Source: a bacterium | Lineage (GTDB): Bacteria; Patescibacteriota; Minisyncoccia; UBA6257; GWB1-50-10 | Length of the DNA: 64,000 nt | Assembly: GCA_021814165.1 (NCBI GenBank) | Contig: JAKAIX010000002.1 | Span: 69,371 to 133,370, forward strand | Direction: 5' to 3' | Shown: one piece after another, positions 46,946-57,411 of the stretch | How the letters are laid out: each line of letters begins with the position of its first letter | Position numbering within the stretch: the stretch's first letter is position 1 | Notes under the pieces: generated by a model | The model's input: the letters and a program-made list of their open reading frames with translations, nothing else | What the model was told of the DNA's origin: nothing | Database searches by the model: none | Translations under genes and position numbers: made by a program

Positions 46946-49344
46946 TGAAAAAATTTCTTCTTATCGACGCAAACTCGCTGATTCATCGATCGTTTCACGC
47001 GCTTCCTCCTCTTACCTCGCCCGAGGGAAAACCGGTGGGCGCGCTTTACGGCCTCGCCGGAGCCCTTATTAAAATAATAAAAGAGCAGAAGCCGGACTAT
47101 GTCGCGGCGGCGTTCGATCGTCCAGAGCCGACCTTCAGAAAAGAAATGTTTAAGGATTATAAGGCGCATCGCCCGGAAACTCCGGAGGAGCTCGCGGAAC
47201 AACTTAACGAGGCGAGAGCTCTTTTTAGCCGTTTTGGAATCAGGACGTTCGACGAGAAGGGCTTTGAGGCGGACGATATTATCGGCACCTTTGTAAAGCG
47301 ATTCAAAAAGAAGGGTGGCTTGAAAATCATCATCCTTACCGGCGACCTCGACACGCTCCAACTTGTCGACGACGAACGGATTGTGGTCGTAACGCCGAAA
47401 CGCGGCGTGAGCGAGACAATCGAGTATGACGAAACGGCGGTACGCGAACGTTACGGGCTCTCTCCCGGACAAATTCCCGATTACAAGGGTCTTGTAGGAG
47501 ACACATCGGACAATATTCCCGGCATAAAGGGGATAGGACCGAAGACCGCGACAACACTCCTCCAGGAGTTCGGAACAATCGAGAATCTTTTCCGAGATAT
47601 GAAACAAGAGGATAAGCGCGCCCCAAAGGTTCTTCCTTTCAAGGAGATAGCGCTTACTTCAAAAGAACTGGGAACTATTCGCGCTGACGCACACGTCTCT
47701 GCAACACTTCAAGATGTCGCCTGCGATCTGTTTTTCCCGAAAAAGCTGGCGGAATATTTCGAAGCCAAGGGGTTTGTGAGTTTGTTGGGGCGACTTCCTT
47801 CGGTAAAAGACGGGGGGGCACAAAAATCCGAGAGTCCATCCGGGGGCGGGGAACAAGAAATTCAAATTGGCGATACCGATGCCGCGTGGGCGTGGAAACC
47901 GATTTTAAAGGAACGGATAAAGGCGGGCGGACGGATCCCTAAAAAACTTTTTGACTGTTCCGTCGCGGGGTGGCTTCTTGCGCCCGAGGAAACGGACTTT
48001 TCCGAAACAACCCTAAAAAGAAGGTTTTTAAGACGGGGGGGCGACGAGGGCAGCCTCCGCGAGATCGTTCCCGCTCTTATGAGCGCGATAGAAAAAGAGG
48101 GTCTCGCACGAGTGTGTTATGAGATCGAAATGCCGTTGATCGAGGTTTTGGCACATATGGAACTTTGCGGAATACGACTCGATCGAAACAAGCTTGAGAA
48201 GCTTCTCGAGGAAGCGACGCTTGAGCTAAACGGTGCCGCAAAAGAGATATACGGCCATGCGGGCGTGATATTTAACATTAATTCACCCCAACAGGTGGGC
48301 GAGGTGCTTTTTAAAAAACTCGGGGTACGAGACACAAAGATTAAGAGAACGAGAACGGGACGATATTCAACCTCGGAAGAAACACTCTCCTCGCTTAAAG
48401 GAAACAATCCGATCGTCGATCTTCTCCTCTCGTACCGTGAAACGTCAAAAATCAAATCGACGTATCTCGAACCGCTCCTCTCGCTTATTGAAAGCGACGG
48501 ACGCGTTCATACCACATTTATTCAGACCGGGACGTCCACCGGACGGCTTGCTTCCGAGAAACCGAACCTCCAAAACATTCCGCAGGAATCGAAGTGGGCC
48601 CCCGAACTCCGCAATGCGTTTGTTCCGGAGTCCGGTTGGAAATTTTTTTCACTCGATTATTCACAACTGGAGCTTCGCCTCCTCGCTCACATCACGCAAG
48701 ATAAAAATCTGCTTCGTGCGTTTCACGAAGGCGAGGATATTCACACGCTTACTATATCGCGCGTGCTCGGCATATCAAAGGAACGCGTAACGCCGGAGCT
48801 GCGTCGCATCGGGAAGACGCTTAATTTCGGCATAATTTACGGCATGGGACCGAGAGCGTTCGCGAGAACGAGCGGTGTTTCGGTTGAAGACGCCTCCCGT
48901 TTCATTAAAAAGTATTTTGAAGAATTCCCCGATATCAGAAGGTGGCAAGAGTCATCGAGGGAGCAGGTAAAACAAAGGGGATATGCGGAGGATTTTTTGG
49001 GGAGAAAACGATGGTTTTCGAGAAAAATCAACGCGCAAAACCCCGGAGCGTTTGCCGAAATAGAACGGGCGGCGATAAACATGCCGATTCAGGCGCTTGA
49101 GGCGGAGATTGTAAAGATAGCCATGAAAGAAACCTATGATTTCCTGTATAAAAAGGGGTGGCTTACAACAAAAGCAAGGCTACTTTTAAGCATTCACGAC
49201 GAATTGCTCTTCGAAATCCGCGATGATATTCTAAAAGAAGCGAGCGGTCCGCTTAAGGAAATTATGGAGCGTGTTTTCCCGCTTGACGTTCCTCTGGTAG
49301 TTGAGGGCGGCACGGGAACAAGCTGGGGGTCGCTTCGTCTGTAA
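46945..49344 (+). CDS. polA: DNA polymerase I (5'-3' exonuclease plus polymerase; 3'-5' exonuclease degenerate)
   Basis: HRSFHALP, EADD, GDTSDNIPG, TGRLAS..PNLQNIP, DYSQLELR and IHDEL. Confidence 0.95.
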   Translation: MKKFLLIDANSLIHRSFHALPPLTSPEGKPVGALYGLAGALIKIIKEQKPDYVAAAFDRPEPTFRKEMFKDYKAHRPETPEELAEQLNEARALFSRFGIRTFDEKGFEADDIIGTFVKRFKKKGGLKIIILTGDLDTLQLVDDERIVVVTPKRGVSETIEYDETAVRERYGLSPGQIPDYKGLVGDTSDNIPGIKGIGPKTATTLLQEFGTIENLFRDMKQEDKRAPKVLPFKEIALTSKELGTIRADAHVSATLQDVACDLFFPKKLAEYFEAKGFVSLLGRLPSVKDGGAQKSESPSGGGEQEIQIGDTDAAWAWKPILKERIKAGGRIPKKLFDCSVAGWLLAPEETDFSETTLKRRFLRRGGDEGSLREIVPALMSAIEKEGLARVCYEIEMPLIEVLAHMELCGIRLDRNKLEKLLEEATLELNGAAKEIYGHAGVIFNINSPQQVGEVLFKKLGVRDTKIKRTRTGRYSTSEETLSSLKGNNPIVDLLLSYRETSKIKSTYLEPLLSLIESDGRVHTTFIQTGTSTGRLASEKPNLQNIPQESKWAPELRNAFVPESGWKFFSLDYSQLELRLLAHITQDKNLLRAFHEGEDIHTLTISRVLGISKERVTPELRRIGKTLNFGIIYGMGPRAFARTSGVSVEDASRFIKKYFEEFPDIRRWQESSREQVKQRGYAEDFLGRKRWFSRKINAQNPGAFAEIERAAINMPIQALEAEIVKIAMKETYDFLYKKGWLTTKARLLLSIHDELLFEIRDDILKEASGPLKEIMERVFPLDVPLVVEGGTGTSWGSLRL

Positions 49345-49370
49345 GACCTTCGCGTAACGCTGGAAAGAAA

Positions 49371-50717
49371 ATGGGAGCAAGCGAACAGAAACAATCTTTT
49401 TCGATGTTTATCCAAGAGATACGAACTTACCTCGGGAAGCGCGGCATGGCGCTTCTTTTGTGCGCTGCGTTCTCGTGGCTCTTTATTCTTCTTCTCTCCG
49501 TGTTTTTTCTCCCCGTCCCCGTTCTCCTATCGGTCGCGCTTCTCCTCGTGTTCGCGTGCGTTTGTATAGCCATCGGATATCGCAACATCGCGCGACTGGG
49601 ATTCGCCGACAAAATAAGGAACACCGAACTTGAGGCGGTGGTAGAAAACATAAGAGACGGCGTTATGGTGTATGATCCGAACTTCAGAATCATTAGCATG
49701 AACCGCGCCGCGGAAGAGGTGTTCGGCCTCTCGGCAAAGGAGGTTGTTGGTACTTTCGTAACTCCCGAGCTCGTGAATAACGCCCATCTCCGCATCCTCG
49801 CCCAAGTAATCTTTCCTTCCCTTGCTCCATCGATTAACGTCACATCAAACGAGTGGCCGCAGGTTATGGATATAACATTCGAGGAGCCGCATCTTGAGCT
49901 TCACACCGTTCTAAACAGAATTGTGGGCAGCGACGGAAGGGTGATTGGTTTTTTAAAACTCATAACCGACACAACAAGGGAGAAGGCTATACTTGCTTCA
50001 AAGAGCGAATTTATCACCGTTGCCGCCCACCAGCTCCGCACGCCCCTCACCGCGCTGAGTTGGATATTTGAAACAATACAGAAGGCGGTGAAAGAAAAAA
50101 ACAACGCCGACCCGACGCTTTCCTCAAACATCCAGGAGGGATGGGGGCTCACCCAACGATCGCTCAGGATTATTAACGACCTTCTCGATGCAGCAAGGAT
50201 CGAGGAGGGAAAATTTGGTTTTCATTTTCAGGACGTTATACTTGCGGAGTTGGTAAAAACGATCTCCGACGAGGCGGTTATTATTGCGAAGGAAAAAGGG
50301 GTGACGGTCCGTTTTTCCACCGGCGCGGCGCGCGACGCGGTGCGAGCGGACCCCGAGCGCCTCGGGATCGCGATAAGCAATCTCGTCGATAACGCCATAA
50401 AATATAATACCAAGGGTGGTTCGGTTGATATAAGCGTGAATCCATCCGCTAATGGGGCCCTCCTCGAGGTGCGCGTCACCGACACGGGGATTGGCATAAA
50501 GAAAGAGGATGTCGCAAAACTATCCCAGAAATTCTATCGGGGAGAGAATGCGACACAGCTCGAACCGAACGGAAGCGGACTTGGAATATACATCGCAAAA
50601 AACATCATCGAACGACATGGAGGGACGATAAGTGTTGTGTCGGAACCCGAGAGAGGGACAACGTTTTCGTTTACCATACCGGTAAAAAATTCTTCCGAAA
50701 GCTCTATCGTACGATGA
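49371..50717 (+). CDS. PAS-domain sensor histidine kinase
   Basis: Two TMs, PAS (NRAAE), AHQLRTPL, NLVDNAIKY, DTGIG and GSGLG. Confidence 0.92.
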   Translation: MGASEQKQSFSMFIQEIRTYLGKRGMALLLCAAFSWLFILLLSVFFLPVPVLLSVALLLVFACVCIAIGYRNIARLGFADKIRNTELEAVVENIRDGVMVYDPNFRIISMNRAAEEVFGLSAKEVVGTFVTPELVNNAHLRILAQVIFPSLAPSINVTSNEWPQVMDITFEEPHLELHTVLNRIVGSDGRVIGFLKLITDTTREKAILASKSEFITVAAHQLRTPLTALSWIFETIQKAVKEKNNADPTLSSNIQEGWGLTQRSLRIINDLLDAARIEEGKFGFHFQDVILAELVKTISDEAVIIAKEKGVTVRFSTGAARDAVRADPERLGIAISNLVDNAIKYNTKGGSVDISVNPSANGALLEVRVTDTGIGIKKEDVAKLSQKFYRGENATQLEPNGSGLGIYIAKNIIERHGGTISVVSEPERGTTFSFTIPVKNSSESSIVR

Positions 50718-51184
50718 TTATATTAGGAATAGATCCTGGAATAACGAGAGCGGGATATGGCCTGGTGAAGAAAAAACAAGGAGGGCTCGTATATCTCAAG
50801 AGCGGCCTTCTTTCTTCTCCCGACACGAGCGATCATGGCGATCGGCTTCTCGCGCTCGAACGCGGGCTTCGGAACGTTATTAGAACCGCCCGACCCGAAG
50901 TTGTGGGAATGGAAAGATTATATATTACAAAGAATAAAAAGACGGCGGTGCGCGTTGCGGAGGCAAGGGGCGTCATTATAAAACTCCTCTACGAAAAAGG
51001 GCTTCACCTGGAAGAGTTCTCTCCGCCGTCCGTGAAGCTCGCGGTTACTGGAAGTGGGCGCGCCGACAAAAAGGCGGTGGCGAAAATGGTTTCTCTAATT
51101 CTTCATATAAACACTTCAAAGATGCTCGACGACGTGACCGACGCCCTTGCAATAGCAATCGCCACCTCCTCTCTACGTTCTTAA
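50714..51184 (+). CDS. ruvC: Holliday junction resolvase RuvC
   Basis: ILGIDPG, EARGV, VKLAVTGSGRADK and DDVTDALAIA. Confidence 0.95.
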   Translation: MIILGIDPGITRAGYGLVKKKQGGLVYLKSGLLSSPDTSDHGDRLLALERGLRNVIRTARPEVVGMERLYITKNKKTAVRVAEARGVIIKLLYEKGLHLEEFSPPSVKLAVTGSGRADKKAVAKMVSLILHINTSKMLDDVTDALAIAIATSSLRS

Positions 51185-51193
51185 CACCAATCG

Positions 51194-51386
51194 GGCTCTT
51201 TCTTCTTCCTTATAAGCACATTAAGGAGGTTTAGGAATCTCCGAGTAAAGACGACGCACACGAGAAATCACGCACCGCCCGAGTTCCCCTGGGCCGAATT
51301 TGCGTGATTTCCGCGTGTGCGAGGACGCGCGAGGAGGATTCCTTCAAGCGAACGTTTCTGCTTATGAGAGAGTGAAAGAAGACGCT
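51194..51386. other. ~190-nt rod-like imperfect hairpin (ncRNA or MITE-like)
   Basis: Three nested helices separated by internal loops. Confidence 0.5.
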
Positions 51387-51475
51387 CTCCCGCCTATTTG
51401 ACTTTTAAATCTTCTTCCTTATACTATCCGCAATATATCAAAAGGTCGTAATACCAGACGGATTCCAAGAGAATT

Positions 51476-51643
51476 ATGCTCTCCACAGAACTATTAAAAC
51501 CTTCTCTGTTATTGAACTATTCCGACGATGAGGAAGAAGAGGGGGGGGTTGACGCTGGCCTTGGCGAGGAAGAAAACGAAGAGCTTGGCGGAGGCGCGAA
51601 CGACGACGATGAAATAGACGAGTTCGACGACGAAGAACTATAA
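51476..51643 (+). CDS. Small extremely acidic protein (55 aa)
   Basis: TTGACT..TATACT promoter upstream and a terminator at 51658-51684; sequence MLSTELL...DDDEIDEFDDEEL. Confidence 0.6.
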   Translation: MLSTELLKPSLLLNYSDDEEEEGGVDAGLGEEENEELGGGANDDDEIDEFDDEEL

Positions 51644-51721
51644 GTCGCTCCTCTTACGGCCTCGCGCAATTGCGCGAGGTTTTTGTTTGCAATCGGGATA
51701 ATGCGTTATAGAATTACTACC

Positions 51722-54226
51722 ATGCGGATCGGAAAAACAAAACCAAAGAGAAACGGGGCGAAGAAAACGTCCAGCAAAAAGAGGGTGATTCTTTCGGCTC
51801 TCATTGTTTCTTTTATTGTGGGGTTAAGCGTAACGGTGGTTGTTGTGGTATATGCAGTGGTTGCAATTCGACAGCTTCCTTCTCCCGATCAATTCTCAAC
51901 GCGGCAGGTGAGCCAGTCGACAAAGCTTTATGACCGGACTGGAAAAATTCTCCTCTACGAAATACATGGCGAAGAAAAACGAACGGTTGTGCCCCTATCA
52001 GATATTCCGGACACCCTGAAGAACGCGACCCTCGCGGCGGAGGACTCCAACTTTTATACGAGGCCGGCGTTTGATTGGAAGGGTATACTTCGTGCGGTTT
52101 GGACCGACATCAAGGAGTGGCGCGCGGCCGCCGGCGGATCAACGATCACTCAACAGCTAGCACGAAACGCTTTTCTCTCCGGAGAAAAAACCATTACGAG
52201 AAAGATTAAGGAATTAATTCTCGCGATAGAGCTTGAGGCAAAATACCCGAAAAATGACATTCTCGGTTTTTATTTAAACCAAATTCCTTACGGATCGAAT
52301 GCATACGGGGTTGAGGCGGCAAGCCAAACCTACTTTAATAAGCCGGTGAGGGATATTACCCTGAATGAGGCGGCAATACTTGCGGGCATTGTAAAGGCGC
52401 CCAGCTACTATTCCCCATGGGGAACACACACCGACGACCTTATAGTGAGGAAGAATTACGTTCTTGATAGAATGGCGGCGCTCGGGTTTATAACCCAACA
52501 GGAGGCGGACGCGGCAAAAAAAGAGATGCCGAAATTCGCACCGCCGTCTCTTGGATCTATTAAGGCGCCTCATTTCTCCCTTGCGGTAAAAGACTGGCTC
52601 ATAGATAAATATGGGGAGGATTTAGTGACAAACGGCGGACTTAGGGTTATCACCACGCTCGACTGGTCTATGCAACAAACCGCGGAGAAGGTGGTACAAG
52701 AAGGAGCCAAACGCAACAGCGAGCTCTATAAAGGAACAAACGCGGCGCTCGTAGCCCAGGACCCGAAGACCGGACAAATTCTTGCGCTCGTAGGGTCACA
52801 CGATTATTTCGACACGGAACACGGCGGAAACTTCAATGTTCCTCTCCAAGGACTCCGACAACCGGGATCGGCGTTGAAGCCGTTTGTATATATGATGGCA
52901 TTCGAGAAAGGATACCTGCCAAAAACCACCATTTTTGACGTACCAACCGAGTTTGTCTCGGGAAGCAGCAATTGCCCCCCCATTCCCTCCCTTGACGACT
53001 CCTCTCCCCATACCGAGTGTTTTCACCCTCAGGACTTTGAGCCGTTCACCGGTCCCGTTACGCTTGAGCAGGCGCTGGCACAATCAATAAACGTGCCAGC
53101 GGTGAAGATGCTTTACCTTGTCGGCTTAAGAAACGTTTTGGATACCGCGCGTTCTCTCGGAATATCAACACTTACCGACCCGTCGCGTTACGGCCTCTCG
53201 CTGGTCTTGGGGGGCGGCGAAGTAAAGATGATAGAGCTTGTAAATGCATATGCAACACTTTCTCAGGAGGGGGTAAGGCACGATCAGACTATGGTGCTTG
53301 AGGTTTCCGATTCAAATGGAAAAATACTCGAAACATACCGCGACCAGAACACGAAGGTTATCGACCCGGAATATCCTCGGCTTATAAACCAAATTCTCTC
53401 CGATAAGGAATTGCGTTCAGGACTCTTTCAGGGGAGCTTATCACTCACCGTGTTCCCCGACCACGACGTTGCCCTTAAGACGGGTACCACAAACGATTAT
53501 CGCGACGCGTGGGCGTTCGGATATACCCCCTCGCTTGTGGTGGGAGTCTGGGCGGGAAATAACAACAACGCGCCAATGCAACGTCAGGGGTCAAGTATCC
53601 TTGCGGCGGTGCCTATGTGGAGCGATTTCCTAAGCAGGGTATTACCAAACTATCCTCAGGAGCTTTTTTCAAAGCCCGATCCCCTGCCCACATTCCAAAA
53701 ACCGATGTTAAGCGGGCAATTTGTGTATGATGCGGCCGTTGGTGGGGAGGCGCGCCCTCAAATACACTCGATCCTTTATTATGTGGATAAAAACGACCCG
53801 ACCGGGCCAATTCCAAAAGACCCGTCAGAGGATCCTCAGTTTACGAACTGGGAGGCGGGGGTGCTCAATTGGGCACAAAAAAACGTATCGAGTTTCAGTT
53901 CTTTTAATAAATCTATCCCGCTTGGAGCCGGCGCGAGCGAGACCGGCGGGAACATAACAATACAAAACGTTGTCCCCTCAAACGGATCTTTTGTTGTTTC
54001 TCCGTTTCGTGTCCGCGCCGATATACGCTCAATAAATCCCATACAAACGGTTGGTGTTTATATAAACGATATTCCCGTGACGGTGCTTGATGGAATATCT
54101 CAAACACATTATTATCTCGACTACCAAACGACGCAAACACTCGACCCCCAAAACACCCTTGAAATTAGAGCCGTTGATTCGGGCGGGAAGGCCGCCTCAT
54201 CGAAAACAATAGTGTACCGCCGCTAG
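51722..54226 (+). CDS. Class A penicillin-binding protein (PBP1A family)
   Basis: EDSNFY, GGSTITQQL, RKIKE, YLNQI, RQPGSALKP, SIN and KTGT. Confidence 0.93.
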   Translation: MRIGKTKPKRNGAKKTSSKKRVILSALIVSFIVGLSVTVVVVVYAVVAIRQLPSPDQFSTRQVSQSTKLYDRTGKILLYEIHGEEKRTVVPLSDIPDTLKNATLAAEDSNFYTRPAFDWKGILRAVWTDIKEWRAAAGGSTITQQLARNAFLSGEKTITRKIKELILAIELEAKYPKNDILGFYLNQIPYGSNAYGVEAASQTYFNKPVRDITLNEAAILAGIVKAPSYYSPWGTHTDDLIVRKNYVLDRMAALGFITQQEADAAKKEMPKFAPPSLGSIKAPHFSLAVKDWLIDKYGEDLVTNGGLRVITTLDWSMQQTAEKVVQEGAKRNSELYKGTNAALVAQDPKTGQILALVGSHDYFDTEHGGNFNVPLQGLRQPGSALKPFVYMMAFEKGYLPKTTIFDVPTEFVSGSSNCPPIPSLDDSSPHTECFHPQDFEPFTGPVTLEQALAQSINVPAVKMLYLVGLRNVLDTARSLGISTLTDPSRYGLSLVLGGGEVKMIELVNAYATLSQEGVRHDQTMVLEVSDSNGKILETYRDQNTKVIDPEYPRLINQILSDKELRSGLFQGSLSLTVFPDHDVALKTGTTNDYRDAWAFGYTPSLVVGVWAGNNNNAPMQRQGSSILAAVPMWSDFLSRVLPNYPQELFSKPDPLPTFQKPMLSGQFVYDAAVGGEARPQIHSILYYVDKNDPTGPIPKDPSEDPQFTNWEAGVLNWAQKNVSSFSSFNKSIPLGAGASETGGNITIQNVVPSNGSFVVSPFRVRADIRSINPIQTVGVYINDIPVTVLDGISQTHYYLDYQTTQTLDPQNTLEIRAVDSGGKAASSKTIVYRR

Positions 54227-55329
54227 CCCTTAATCGGCATCACCACGTAAATAAGGTGCGGCTCTTTCGGGTTACGAAGAAGCGCCGGACGCTCTGAGGA
54301 GTGGATTCCTAAAGTTATATCGGTGCCGGAAAAAACCTTAAGTCCATCAAGAAGATAGCGCCAATTAAAAACTACGGAAAATTTTTCTCCCGATAATTTT
54401 GCCGGCACTTTATAAGAACTTTCTCCGAGCGCGCTGTCGGTAGCGTACACCTCGAGAAATTTTTTATTATCACCCGATTTAAGAGTTATGTCGTTCGCTC
54501 TTCCCGAGAAAGAGCTTGCGAGCCGCACGGCGTTTATAAACTCTTGCCGCTCAATTATCGCCTCGTGCGGCGTATTCTTAGGGATCACCGCGCGATAATC
54601 GGGAAATGATCCGTCGATGAGGCGTGAGGTTATTTTCTCGTTCGGCGCAGAAAGAAGTATTTGGTTTGATTCCACAAATATCGTTATTTCGTGCTGTTCT
54701 TTAAAAACCTTCAGAAGCTCCGATGCCGTCTTCAGGGGAATTATGACCGAGATTTTTTCCGCGTCCGTTTTTATACTGCCCGACTCCAACTTCTTTTCGG
54801 CGAGACGAAATCCGTCCGTAGCGGCAAAAACCGCATCACCTCCGGAATATTCAAAATATACGCCGCTTATTTCCGGGCGTATGTCGGAGTACTGTGCCGC
54901 AACAATAACGCTCGCAAGCGCCCCGCGAAAAGACTCCACGCCGCACACGAAGCGTTGTGCTTCCTTATGAACCGAGGGAATAATAGGAAACTCTTTCGGG
55001 TCCTGTCCTTGAAGCACCGCCTCATAATTATCGGTGGTTATTATCACCTTCCCCTCTTTTTCCTCAATCGATATGCGCTCCGCGGCGAGGTTTCGTATAA
55101 TCGAACAAAAAAGGGAGAAGGGTAGTGCCACCCCTCCTTCCTCCAGCACCTTTCCCGACATCGAGTACTCGACGGCGAGCTCGAGGTTGGTGGTGATGAG
55201 TATTATTTTCCCTCCCTCCGCCCTCAGGAGAACGTTTTTTAAAATAGGAAGGTTTGAGCTTTCGTTCACCGCTCTTTCCACAATACCCAGTCCTTCTACT
55301 AGGTTAGTTTTTAATAGTAGTATTTTCAT
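54223..55329 (-). CDS. dnaN: DNA polymerase III beta clamp
   Basis: PILKNVLL, TNLE, ATDGFRLA, SRLIDGSFPDY and VMPIK. Confidence 0.96.
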   Translation of the reverse strand: MKILLLKTNLVEGLGIVERAVNESSNLPILKNVLLRAEGGKIILITTNLELAVEYSMSGKVLEEGGVALPFSLFCSIIRNLAAERISIEEKEGKVIITTDNYEAVLQGQDPKEFPIIPSVHKEAQRFVCGVESFRGALASVIVAAQYSDIRPEISGVYFEYSGGDAVFAATDGFRLAEKKLESGSIKTDAEKISVIIPLKTASELLKVFKEQHEITIFVESNQILLSAPNEKITSRLIDGSFPDYRAVIPKNTPHEAIIERQEFINAVRLASSFSGRANDITLKSGDNKKFLEVYATDSALGESSYKVPAKLSGEKFSVVFNWRYLLDGLKVFSGTDITLGIHSSERPALLRNPKEPHLIYVVMPIKG

Positions 55330-55502
55330 ATTAGTAGTAATAGTAGGTCGTGTGTAGAAGTGTATAACTCTTGTTTTCTTCGTGTTTTTCTCGCTTTAAA
55401 CACTTTCTTTACTAGAATAATAAGGGGACAACATCGTGATCTTTTTCTATTAATGTGTATAATTATTTTTTTCCCGAAAATACATCCACACAATATCCAC
55501 AG
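55330..55502. other. Replication origin oriC
   Basis: Lies between dnaA and dnaN. DnaA boxes at 55351, 55359, 55454 (perfect), 55482 and 55493; TAG trios at 55332-55346; AT-rich. Confidence 0.85.
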
Positions 55503-56885
55503 CTACATTTTGAATAATCGCTCCTTTATGAGAAGTATTTTTTGGTTAAGGCCGTGGTCTTGGCTGCACTCTTTGTTTATTTTCTCACAAGCGTGTATCG
55601 CGGTAGTGTGATCCCGTTTTCCAAGACGCTCACCGATATGCGGATATGAAAGTTTTAAAATATCTCTCATAAGAAACATGGCTATTTGTCGCGGTTGCAC
55701 CACCTCCTGTTTTCTCCCCCTGTTTAACATGTCGCTTGGAGAAACCTCAAAAAAGTCAGCAACCGCTTTTATAATATCGTTCGCGGTTATGTTTTTGGGG
55801 GTAACCTGGACCGCCTCCCCTATAATTTCCTCGAGTTTTTTCGTGTCAATCTTCTCGTTTTTATATTGTTGATAGAAAATTATTTTATTCAATACTCCCT
55901 CGAGTTCTCTTACGTTTTTTTGAACCCTCGTTGCAACCTGCTCGAGAATATGGTCGTCAACAAGAGAACCCTTCTCTTGGAGTTTTGTTTTAAGAATAGC
56001 GAGCCGGGTTTCGTAGTCGGGATATTCCACATCTACAATCATTCCGCCCTCAAAGCGGGATCGAAGCCTCTCTTCAAGCGTAGGAATCGCGGTCGGCGGC
56101 CTATCGGAAGAAATAATAATCTGTTTATTATTTTCATAAAGGGTATTGAAGGTGTAGAAAAACTCTTGTTCCGTGGCGGTCTTTCCGCCGATGAATTGAA
56201 TGTCGTCGATAATAAGTACGTCTATGTCCCTGTATTTTTTTTTCACATCCTCCATGCGTTTATTGCGGACCGCCCACACCACGTCGTTTATAAATTTTTC
56301 CGAGGAAACGTACAGCGTAGCCACCGAATTTTTATACTCTTTAGAGATTTCATTTCCGATGGCCTGGATCAGGTGGGTCTTTCCCAGCCCCACCCCCCCG
56401 TATACGAACAAGGGGTTGTATTTTTTCCCTACGTCTTTCACCACCGCCTGGGAGGCAGCATACGCCAACTCATTTGATGATCCGACGACGAATGTTGAAA
56501 ACGTATATCGAGGATTCAGGTTTGTTCTGGGATCAATTTTTAATTCAATAAGAGGGGGCTGCGGCTCCTCGGCGGCGACCGGTTCTTGTGGTCTCGCTTT
56601 TTTACCTTGCACAATAACCGCGTGCGCGGAGCCCTGACTCAGGACGGCATAGTCAACATTTTTTATCGATCCGTCGATGTTTCTCAGAGACCCGAGAATA
56701 AGTTTGTGATATCTGCTCTTCACCCACTCCTTCGCAAAATTATTAGGGAGACCGACAAGCACCACCCCTTCCCGCTCATTTTTTTCGAGGAGCTGGCTGT
56801 TTTTGAGCCAGGTTAGAAAATTAGGTCTCGATATCTGAAGCTCGATGTCTCCTAGTACGCTTTGCCAGAGTTCTTTATTTTCCAT
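55503..56885 (-). CDS. dnaA: Chromosomal replication initiator DnaA
   Basis: YNPLFVYGGVGLGKTHL, IDDIQF, RLRSRF and RDHTT. Confidence 0.98.
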   Translation of the reverse strand: MENKELWQSVLGDIELQISRPNFLTWLKNSQLLEKNEREGVVLVGLPNNFAKEWVKSRYHKLILGSLRNIDGSIKNVDYAVLSQGSAHAVIVQGKKARPQEPVAAEEPQPPLIELKIDPRTNLNPRYTFSTFVVGSSNELAYAASQAVVKDVGKKYNPLFVYGGVGLGKTHLIQAIGNEISKEYKNSVATLYVSSEKFINDVVWAVRNKRMEDVKKKYRDIDVLIIDDIQFIGGKTATEQEFFYTFNTLYENNKQIIISSDRPPTAIPTLEERLRSRFEGGMIVDVEYPDYETRLAILKTKLQEKGSLVDDHILEQVATRVQKNVRELEGVLNKIIFYQQYKNEKIDTKKLEEIIGEAVQVTPKNITANDIIKAVADFFEVSPSDMLNRGRKQEVVQPRQIAMFLMRDILKLSYPHIGERLGKRDHTTAIHACEKINKECSQDHGLNQKILLIKERLFKM

Positions 56886-57016
56886 GGTGGTTTAGAAAAC
56901 GCGCTTTCCCTTAAGAATAGAAACTTTTTCAAGGAATGCAACATTGCGGCAAAAACGATTTTGTGCTTTACCTGTGCATTGCTTGTGTATAGTGATTTCT
57001 GGGGTATAATCCGATT

Positions 57017-57151
57017 ATGGCACAGACGTATCAGCCGAAAAAAAAGAAGCGGAAGCGAACGCACGGATTCTTAAAGCGCGCGCGCTCTTCGGGCGGGCGG
57101 AACGTGCTTCTAAGAAGGAGAGCAAAGAAGCGGAAACGGTTAAGCGTGTGA
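57017..57151 (+). CDS. rpmH: 50S ribosomal protein L34
   Basis: [21 protein letters not shown]...[12 protein letters not shown] (44 aa, below the track cut-off); divergent from dnaA. Confidence 0.95.
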   Translation: MAQTYQPKKKKRKRTHGFLKRARSSGGRNVLLRRRAKKRKRLSV

Positions 57152-57411
57152 GCTCGAGCGCGACATCGTTGAGAATTATTACCAAAACCCGCGGGAAGCG
57201 AAGGGCGGTAATTTCTATTTCAAAAAGAGCCGTAAAAAACGCCTCCGCCAGAAACTTGATAAAAAGAAGAATCCGGGTTATCCTACAACCACTTCTGCCT
57301 CGGGTCGCGGGAACAATCGCGGTAACGGTACGGCAAAACGCGACGGCAATCTCTTTTACGGAACTAAAGAGAGAGCTCCTGGAACAAGCGAGGCGGGGCG
57401 GCATTTTATGA
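57148..57411 (+). CDS. rnpA: RNase P protein component (short)
   Basis: [22 protein letters not shown] motif; lies between rpmH and yidC. Confidence 0.85.
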   Translation: MSSSATSLRIITKTRGKRRAVISISKRAVKNASARNLIKRRIRVILQPLLPRVAGTIAVTVRQNATAISFTELKRELLEQARRGGIL

